Assembly (NCBI GenBank): GCA_013375475.1
Contig: JABXKD010000082.1
Coordinates: 1 to 15,820, forward strand
DNA: 15,820 nucleotides
Reading direction: 5' to 3'
Source: Promethearchaeota archaeon
Lineage (GTDB): Archaea; Asgardarchaeota; Lokiarchaeia; Sigyniarchaeales; SOKP01
The position numbers were made by a program, and so were the translations under genes. Below the pieces are notes generated by a model. It did no database searches. It had not been told where the DNA came from and worked only from the letters and a program-made list of their open reading frames with translations. Positions 1 to 6,653 of the stretch are shown here, piece after piece (positions within the stretch are counted from its first letter, which is position 1; each line of letters begins with the position of its first letter).

Positions 1-308
1 ATATGAAGTGTGGTAACGTCCTCCCAGAAGTAAGAGTAAGCAAGCAAATTAATTCGAGGTAAGTCTAAGTCAGTTAATTCATAAAAGAACAGTGTTTCGA
101 CAACTTGTTCGAGTACATCATTTGAAGCACTATCCCAAGCATCTACGAGTTCTAGTGTGTCTGGACCAGAACTAGTGGCTCTTACATAGATAGTCTCCGG
201 TTCAGAAGGTTTTATGTCAGGTTGTAACACAACTAGTAAAATGTTGGCTATTCCAGACCCTAACAAAGCTACGATAAGGACAGTAATTGCAAGATTTTTT
301 TTTTCCAT
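1..308 (-). CDS. ABC transporter substrate-binding protein, family 5 (OppA/DppA-like); N-terminal part, runs off the left edge
   Basis: Manual translation from ATG at 308 is open to the window edge: MEKKNLAITVLIVALLGSGIANILLVVLQPDIKPSEPETIYVRATSSGPDTLELVDAWDSASNDVLEQVVETLFFYELTDLDLPRINLLAYSYFWEDVTTLH. It has an N-terminal signal anchor, then a GPxTL(D/E)...A.DSAS..V..QVxETL...P...LA..W pattern typical of SBP_bac_5 N-termini. Not in the supplied ORF track. Confidence 0.85.
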   Translation of the reverse strand, partial: MEKKNLAITVLIVALLGSGIANILLVVLQPDIKPSEPETIYVRATSSGPDTLELVDAWDSASNDVLEQVVETLFFYELTDLDLPRINLLAYSYFWEDVTTLH

Positions 309-380
309 TTTTTAATCACATTTTGTTTTTTATGAGTTTTTAATTAAATTATATGTTAATGTCTAATGTAAGTTCGTATA

Positions 381-394
381 CTTATAAGATTTTT
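381..394 (-). promoter_or_regulatory. Candidate BRE/TATA box for the ABC substrate-binding gene
   Basis: Minus strand reads AAAAATCTTATAAG (purine run then TTATAA) about 75 nt upstream of the ATG at 308. The AT-rich background weakens the call. Confidence 0.35.
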
Positions 395-754
395 GGTTTT
401 TTTTTTAATAAAACGGGATGTTACCACGATTTAATTAAATTCTAAGGGAATCATGTTTTTTTCAAATATTAAATTATGTAGACAGAGCTATTAAAAGAAG
501 AAATTACAATTTTTAAGGCGTTGGTACTATAATTTTAGTAAGGGTTGTTAATACATACTACCTTTCATTGTCTTATTTTTTATATTGTTTTTTGGCTTTT
601 ATAGGAATAAACCACTTAAAAACTCCAAAAACGCCCTTATTCTGTTATGCAATAATAATTCATAACCAAATCTCAGACAATTGCTCTGCTGAAATGGGGA
701 TATAGTCTATATCATCAATTATTTTAAAATACTAGATTTATAAAAAAGTCGATT

Positions 755-1687
755 TTATGAAATTCCTAATATTTCTAATATAATTTCAAAATAAAATGAA
801 AAAAAGAGTATCCCTACTAAAAACAATCCCGCTATTATTACACCCTTATCTAAAAAAACTTTTTCAGTTCTTCTTGCAATTTCTGGTTTTGATGAAGTTA
901 GATACATAAACCGCATAATAATATAGAGAGAAATAGGAATCGTAAAAATCATTATAAATTCTTTTAGGTTTATAGCAGATTCGAATGGGTAGAACTCTAA
1001 TATGAGATAAAGAGAGTAAGTCATAAATAAGGAGCCCGCAATTAAAACATGAAATTGATCCAGAAGTTTTAGAGAATATTGATCGTACACTTTTTTGTGC
1101 TCAATAGCTTTTTCCTCCCCAAGATATAACAAGTCACCCTTCCTTTTAGCAATGCTTAAAAACATAGCGACTTGAAAAATAGCTAAAAATAACCAAGCAG
1201 AGATATTATCATTGATTATAACAACCCCGGATAGTGCTCTCCATAAATAGCCCGTGGATAGAACTAAAATATCGATAAATGCATAATTCTTAAAGAAATG
1301 ATTGTAAAATTGCCCAGTTAAGATGATAAGAATTAGCATTATTATAAAACCAAAGTTTGGAATCAAAAAGATGACAGAAAAAACCATAACTCCTACAACC
1401 GCAATTAATAATAACACTGCGAAATACATGGGTAGTTCCCCAGAAGCCAATGGTTTTTTTTTCATTTTTTCTTGATGCTGTTTATCCCGTTCTATGTCCC
1501 TGATGTCGTTAATAATATAATTGAAAGATGAAGCACAACATAACAAAATAAATCCTAGGAATAATGGAAAATAGAGGGATGGTTCAAAAATTCTTCTACT
1601 AAAAAATACACTAACGAAGATTAACACATTTTTATAATATTGTCTTACTCGCAGAAGGTGGGAAATACTTCTGATTTTGCTGGTCAT
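755..1687 (-). CDS. UbiA prenyltransferase family, decaprenyl-phosphate phosphoribosyltransferase-like
   Basis: 310 aa multi-TM protein. Motifs R.RQYYKN, YIINDIRDIERDKQH..K.KKPLASG (Asp-rich NDxxDxxxD motif plus H..K...PLASG), RALSG and KRKGDL match the DPPR-synthase-like subfamily rather than DGGGP synthase. Confidence 0.85.
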   Translation of the reverse strand: MTSKIRSISHLLRVRQYYKNVLIFVSVFFSRRIFEPSLYFPLFLGFILLCCASSFNYIINDIRDIERDKQHQEKMKKKPLASGELPMYFAVLLLIAVVGVMVFSVIFLIPNFGFIIMLILIILTGQFYNHFFKNYAFIDILVLSTGYLWRALSGVVIINDNISAWLFLAIFQVAMFLSIAKRKGDLLYLGEEKAIEHKKVYDQYSLKLLDQFHVLIAGSLFMTYSLYLILEFYPFESAINLKEFIMIFTIPISLYIIMRFMYLTSSKPEIARRTEKVFLDKGVIIAGLFLVGILFFSFYFEIILEILGIS

Positions 1688-1715
1688 TATAAGATTTTAA
1701 ACAGAAGCATGCCAA

Positions 1716-4265
1716 TTAAACTTTGTTGAGATAAAAAATCTTTTCGGGTTTGAATTTTCTCAATAGAACATATCCTAACTTGCTAAAAATGCTAACTTCC
1801 GACTTCTTTTGGATGACACCTGTAATGTGTTCGAACGATAAGGCTTCTAATGATTTGTATGGGATATCCTGATTCTTTCCAAATATGTTTTTAATAGTTA
1901 TAAAGTCAGATTCCTTACTTTTTCCTTTATCCGGGGATTTTTTTAATTTTTCAAAGTTCAATTTAATATCTTGAACATAACCAATTTCTAAGTTATTGAC
2001 TGGTTTTTTCAGATAAAAATAAGTCCTAAGCTGTTTTTCTATCAGCCATTCAAAGATTTTTGATTCTGAATTTCGACCCGTTTCTTTCCTGCTTATCGTT
2101 ATATAGATATTCCTAGGTTTTATTATCAAATTCTTTAGTTTAAATTGGAATTTATTACTTTCATCATTTTGAGGGAGCGATTCAAAAAATAACTTAGAGT
2201 CTTTAAATTTCTTTGAAATTTCTACATTTGAACATCGAAGTATTATTGTTTCTCCCTTTGTATTAAAAAAAATATCTTTATTGGAGAACGTTTGTAATGA
2301 TGCTATAGAATTGGGTAGTTTTGTTTTTTTTATACGTTTAATAATTTTATTACCATTTTCATCTAAAAAGACATATGCAGATTTCTTTTGATCTGATTTT
2401 ATATCTATGTCTATAAGATTTAGAGTTCCCTCTTTTTTCCAAAAATAATTCTCTTTTAGTGAAATTTGAGTTTTTGAGTATTCCGAAGAATTTAGATGGA
2501 TTTTATTATTAGTTTTAAATTCTTTCACAATATATTCATCGATTTCGCATACATCATCATTAAATCCTACGCTTTCTAATTTACCTACAACAATTTCGTC
2601 TGTAACCTTATGTTTAAACATAAAATCTTTATCAATTTCTAGTTTATAGAGTTCAATTCTATTAATATTTCGCATATAGGCAGAAATATCTTTAATATTA
2701 AAATGCTCCTTAAATTTTTCGCTAGCGATATTTTTGAATTTAATACGTGCGTTATCAAATAATTGAGCATAATATTTTTGGTTTGATTTTTTTAAACATA
2801 AAAAAGGGAGAAGCATTTCTTTTGTTGGTTTTAATGTATCATCTAGAATAGCAGCAATTCTATGGTATGTTAGTGGATGAGAGTTAATAATATTGCTAAC
2901 AAGAGAACCTCTTTTTGGTTTTATTATAGATTTGTTAATGTAATCTGCTGTGTCTAAGTAATTTAAGATTTCGTTATTTTTTGTAATTTTTTCTTCACAT
3001 AATAGCATCGTATTCAATCCAAATTCACGCCCAGTAGCATAGAAGCTTTCTAAATTGTAAAGGGCTTTAACAAGTTCTTTTGCGTATCCAATTCTTTTTG
3101 TTTTTTGATCGGCTTTGCCTTCTAAGATTCTGACAAACATAAACAGAATTACATATATTAGTAAGTTTAATAGAATATAAAAGACAAATGGAAGTTGAGG
3201 GTCTCCAAATGTATAATCGTAGTATGTAGCAGGAATACCAAATAGCATTCTAAAGATTAAATCTCCAGTCGTTATAAAAGTTAAGATTAAAGTGTGTTTT
3301 CCCTTCGTATGTGCTAATTCATGAGCAACAATTCCCTTAACTTCATCTTCAGGTACTAATTTATAATCTTCTGCTATTAGAGCGATTCGCTTATCGAAGA
3401 ATGAACCATAAGCCATAGCGTTTAATATTGGATAGTTTCCTATCCCAACCTTTACTTTTCCTTTTATGCCGACATCTAACTTCACTTTATCAATTAGGTC
3501 TAGTAATCTTTTATCTTTTAGTGGTTTAATACCAAGCATAAAATCTAAAATTGGTCCAGAAATGAAATAAATCATCCAATTTATTGCTATTAGCATAGTA
3601 TATACATTCATGAAAAGTTCCCAGATGGAGAAAGAATTGAAAAGCAACGCTTTTTGCGAGATAATATTAAGAGGAGATATTGTGTTGATTATAACAATAA
3701 CTAACCAGGCAATTATATACAAAAATAATGTCAAGTATTCAGGAGACATGAATCTCCATATAACAATATACTTACGACCAAATAAAATGAAGCCTAATCC
3801 AAGAATAATCCAGAAGGAAAATGAAAAAGTGGTTTCAAGGACATTAGGATCACCCAAAACAGTTGAAATTATTCCTGAAATGAAAATTATATTATAAGTT
3901 ACTAATGAAATTATTAAAATCTTATTTAAAACGGGATAATCTTTTAATTCAAGAACCCCGAACCATAAATAAATTGAAAAAGCGCCCATAATTGAAGTGA
4001 GGATATCTTTTGAGAAAAAGAATATCAGAAAAAAAAAGAATAGAATAGCAACAAAGTCGCTCATTTCGCTCCTTTTACCATTTTTTGCCCATCTGTATAC
4101 TTCTTCGAGGGATAACAAGTAAAAAATAAGCATTACATAGAAAGTCCAGTCATTTAAAAGCGGGGATATATTAATTCTAAAAAATAAGAAATACGAAATT
4201 GTAGAAAATACTATGGAAGTTACTAAATAGAGAAATAACAGGCTAAAGCGGGTGAGTTTTTTCAA
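1716..4265 (-). CDS. Membrane Zn-metalloprotease, peptidase M48 (HtpX/Ste24) family, with long N-terminal TM region and about 370 aa C-terminal extension
   Basis: 849 aa, TTG start. Motifs are NAMAYG, EVKGIVAHELAH (HExxH, nt 3309-3323), LEGKAD (third ligand E, nt 3108-3122) and SHPLTYHRI. All M48 catalytic motifs are intact. Confidence 0.9.
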   Translation of the reverse strand: MKKLTRFSLLFLYLVTSIVFSTISYFLFFRINISPLLNDWTFYVMLIFYLLSLEEVYRWAKNGKRSEMSDFVAILFFFFLIFFFSKDILTSIMGAFSIYLWFGVLELKDYPVLNKILIISLVTYNIIFISGIISTVLGDPNVLETTFSFSFWIILGLGFILFGRKYIVIWRFMSPEYLTLFLYIIAWLVIVIINTISPLNIISQKALLFNSFSIWELFMNVYTMLIAINWMIYFISGPILDFMLGIKPLKDKRLLDLIDKVKLDVGIKGKVKVGIGNYPILNAMAYGSFFDKRIALIAEDYKLVPEDEVKGIVAHELAHTKGKHTLILTFITTGDLIFRMLFGIPATYYDYTFGDPQLPFVFYILLNLLIYVILFMFVRILEGKADQKTKRIGYAKELVKALYNLESFYATGREFGLNTMLLCEEKITKNNEILNYLDTADYINKSIIKPKRGSLVSNIINSHPLTYHRIAAILDDTLKPTKEMLLPFLCLKKSNQKYYAQLFDNARIKFKNIASEKFKEHFNIKDISAYMRNINRIELYKLEIDKDFMFKHKVTDEIVVGKLESVGFNDDVCEIDEYIVKEFKTNNKIHLNSSEYSKTQISLKENYFWKKEGTLNLIDIDIKSDQKKSAYVFLDENGNKIIKRIKKTKLPNSIASLQTFSNKDIFFNTKGETIILRCSNVEISKKFKDSKLFFESLPQNDESNKFQFKLKNLIIKPRNIYITISRKETGRNSESKIFEWLIEKQLRTYFYLKKPVNNLEIGYVQDIKLNFEKLKKSPDKGKSKESDFITIKNIFGKNQDIPYKSLEALSFEHITGVIQKKSEVSIFSKLGYVLLRKFKPEKIFYLNKV

Positions 4266-4298
4266 ATTTTCATCAATTAATCCTTAAATATTCAATTT

Positions 4299-5693
4299 TT
4301 AATTAATCATTGTTGAACTATCATTCTTACTCTGTAGTGAAGTCTTCATTTTTTTTATCTCAAACCAAAAATATTTAATTGTAACATAATACCACACCAA
4401 CAACCCCGGAATAACTAGAATTAGAGAAATGAGAATATTTGTCGGTAGAATTAAGCCTAAAATATTAATATCTACAAGATCTAATGGCATTATGAACAAA
4501 TCTATACACACGAGATAAATATATCCAATTACTATTAAAACTACCATCAGAATTACAATACCTCTTATTCTTGGAAATAGATACAACATAATAGCTGTAA
4601 TAAATCCAAATATAATGGTTACGATAATGAAGATGGTAAAATTTTGATTCCCTGTTGTTATCACCATTAATAAAGTAGTTAAAATGGAAAAAAAACCACA
4701 GATAATTGAAATGATGTAAATATTCTTTACTAACTCCGGTTCTCTTAAAGGTCCTTTCGCTAATAATAATCTCGGTAGAGTTAAAGCAGCGCTTTTATGA
4801 TCGGATGCTTTTATAAAATCATCTTCCATCATTAAGATGTCACTTTTATTATCTAAAATTTCACTGCTCTCGAGAAATCCTTTTACTGAATACAGAACAT
4901 AAAAGCTATTAAAAATGTGAATTAAAAGGGTACAAAATACTGCAGCTTCAAGAGATCCGAACAATGCAATACCAGCAAACATAGCCCCGATACTAAGTGT
5001 TCCAACATCTCCAGGAAAAATTTTCGCTGGAAACTTGTTATATAAGTAAAAAGGTACTAGAACTGCTAATGAAATTATCGTAAATAGCATTCCTTCTGCC
5101 GAGTTCCATATCAATGAACAGATAAACAAAAAGCTTAAAGCAATTATGGATGTACCCGATCCCTCCCCATTATATCCTTCTAACATATTCAAAGTGTTTG
5201 TAAATACTGCAACAATTATAGGAACTACTATTGGATATATTAAACTTAATCTTAATTTTCCTAGGAAAGGAATTGTGGGTGATTCGATACTTACAAACCC
5301 AAATAAATTTGCCAGGAAAATAATAATCCCAGTAAAAATTGTTAAAATTACCTTGTATCTCGATTTTAGTCTGATCCTATCGTCAATAAAACCTATAACG
5401 CCAGATAAAACTACAGTTAAAATGAATATTAATGTTTCATTAAAGAAGCTTGGAAAAAATACAATTAATAAAACAGAAGTGCACGAAATTCCAAAAATAA
5501 AGGCAATTCCACCAGATTCGACAACTTTTGTTCTTGAGTTTTTATGAATATCAATACCAATATAATCTTTCTTTTTCATAAATTTGATTAAAGGAGGGAT
5601 AATTAGCATTGTAATAACAAATCCCACGATAAAAATAATTATTAAATAAATGGTTTCGACAATACCCCAATTTATATCAGAAATTCGAATCAT
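4299..5693 (-). CDS. aglH: UDP-GlcNAc:dolichyl-phosphate GlcNAc-1-phosphotransferase (AglH/Alg7/DPAGT1-like; MraY/Glycos_transf_4 family)
   Basis: Motifs G.DIHK....V.ESGG, GFIDD, NTLNMLEGYNG, YNKFPAKIFPGDVG and TLPRLLL. ATG at 5693 (MIRISD...) is preferred over the track's TTG at 5735. Confidence 0.85.
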   Translation of the reverse strand: MIRISDINWGIVETIYLIIIFIVGFVITMLIIPPLIKFMKKKDYIGIDIHKNSRTKVVESGGIAFIFGISCTSVLLIVFFPSFFNETLIFILTVVLSGVIGFIDDRIRLKSRYKVILTIFTGIIIFLANLFGFVSIESPTIPFLGKLRLSLIYPIVVPIIVAVFTNTLNMLEGYNGEGSGTSIIALSFLFICSLIWNSAEGMLFTIISLAVLVPFYLYNKFPAKIFPGDVGTLSIGAMFAGIALFGSLEAAVFCTLLIHIFNSFYVLYSVKGFLESSEILDNKSDILMMEDDFIKASDHKSAALTLPRLLLAKGPLREPELVKNIYIISIICGFFSILTTLLMVITTGNQNFTIFIIVTIIFGFITAIMLYLFPRIRGIVILMVVLIVIGYIYLVCIDLFIMPLDLVDINILGLILPTNILISLILVIPGLLVWYYVTIKYFWFEIKKMKTSLQSKNDSSTMIN

Positions 5694-5872
5694 TACTACT
5701 CGATGTATTTTTAAGCATTTAATTTGTATTAACAAAAAATTAATTTTGTTCTAATATAATTTGTTATTTGTAATTTAGGATATTAAAAAAGTTATAACAT
5801 AATTAATTTTACTCAAAAATTAAAGAACACTTGAACTCTTACATAATATTGATAAAATAATGTTTATCAGAG

Positions 5873-5884
5873 AAAAGTAAAAAA
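5873..5884 (-). terminator. Oligo-T archaeal terminator after tRNA-Gln
   Basis: Minus strand TTTTTTACTTTT directly follows the discriminator base. Confidence 0.55.
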
Positions 5885-5986
5885 TAGCCCGGCACGGAAT
5901 TTCGATTACCGAGGTTACTCGATATTTTTCGAACCGTGGTCACGGGGTTCAAGGCCCCAGATGCTTGGCCACTACACCACCGGGCT
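5885..5986 (-). tRNA. tRNA-Gln(TTG) with a 29-nt intron at position 59/60; CCA not encoded
   Basis: Minus strand: AGCCCGG TG GTGT AGTGGCCAA GCAT C TGGGG CCTTGAA CCCCG TGAC CACGG TTCGAA [intron] T CCGTG CCGGGCT A. It has a 7-bp acceptor stem with A1-U72 (archaeal Gln hallmark), anticodon TTG at 5952-5950, a short variable loop and a mature length of 73 nt. Confidence 0.93.
5899..5927 (-). other. tRNA intron (T-loop, 59/60) with bulge-helix-bulge motif
   Basis: Intron AAATATCGAGTAACCTCGGTAATCGAAAT. Central helix TTCG/CGAA is flanked by 3-nt bulges AA^A and AT^T, with an intron hairpin TATCGAG-TAAC-CTCGGTA. Removal restores the canonical T-loop TTCGAAT. Confidence 0.9.
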
Positions 5987-6000
5987 TAGGTTTTTATAAC

Positions 6001-6630
6001 TTATATGCTATAAGGTTTTAAATTTTGTTTAAAAAATGTAGAATCTAATAAATCTTTATTGGTTTTAAGGAATTCAATTTCTGCTTTTTCGTCTCTATAT
6101 TCATCTGGAAGCATTTGTGGTATCGTATCGATTATTGGATACCATCTCTTACATTCTGCACAGAATAACAATCCCGTTTTGATTTCAGTTTCAGTTTTAA
6201 TTTTATTTAAAAAATATAACTCAGGAAAGATAGACTCAATTTTTTCAAAATTATTGATACTAATATCAGCGTACTTTCCTATCTTGTTTTTTAATTCCCC
6301 TCTGAGTATGTTAAAACATTGTTTACTAAATTTAAGTGTAGATTTATCGTGTAAATTCTCGACTTCCTCTATACTAGATATTATTGAATTTAAATAATTA
6401 TCAACAGTACTTTTTTCTATTACAATGTCGTCTTTTAAATAAATAACTCCTTTTTCTTCTTGAATTTCGATAATATTTTCATCTTTAATACGATCGATAT
6501 GTCTTTCCTCATAAATAGTTAAAATATCCTTAAACTCCTCATCCTTAGTTTCAAATGAGAAGATAAATAACTCTAAAGGAAAATACTTATCTATTGGGCA
6601 AGCTAAAATATCGCATAACCACGGTTTCAT
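6001..6630 (-). CDS. trm112: Trm112 family methyltransferase activator with large central insertion
   Basis: Split Trm112 fold: N-terminal MKPWLCDILACPIDK.FPLEL and C-terminal EIKTGLLFCAECKRWYPIIDTIPQMLPDEYR. SD-like GGTGG lies just upstream of the ATG. Confidence 0.88.
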   Translation of the reverse strand: MKPWLCDILACPIDKYFPLELFIFSFETKDEEFKDILTIYEERHIDRIKDENIIEIQEEKGVIYLKDDIVIEKSTVDNYLNSIISSIEEVENLHDKSTLKFSKQCFNILRGELKNKIGKYADISINNFEKIESIFPELYFLNKIKTETEIKTGLLFCAECKRWYPIIDTIPQMLPDEYRDEKAEIEFLKTNKDLLDSTFFKQNLKPYSI

Positions 6631-6653
6631 TAAACCACCGGTTGATTTGTTAG

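Noticed and set aside
3610-3897. 95-aa plus-strand ORF
   Set aside because: Antisense shadow of the TM-rich part of the M48 protease, with no recognisable motif.
4266-4273. ATG at 4273 as the M48 start, implying a frameshift
   Set aside because: It reads ATG AAA ATT TGA, out of frame. The in-frame TTG at 4265 suffices, and a TTG start with a good SD also occurs at the roadblock gene.
5146-5547. 133-aa plus-strand ORF
   Set aside because: Antisense to the aglH-like gene; Ile/Lys/Asn-rich composition typical of shadow frames.
5885-5940. tRNA as integration site, with the T-arm insertion as an att scar
   Set aside because: No duplicate of the tRNA 3' end and no integrase was seen in the window. 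The insertion forms a proper BHB intron.
5948-5954. Alternative reading of the anticodon as TGA (tRNA-Ser) to preserve U33
   Set aside because: The shifted register breaks the anticodon stem. There is no long variable arm, and A1-U72 with A73 fits archaeal tRNA-Gln.
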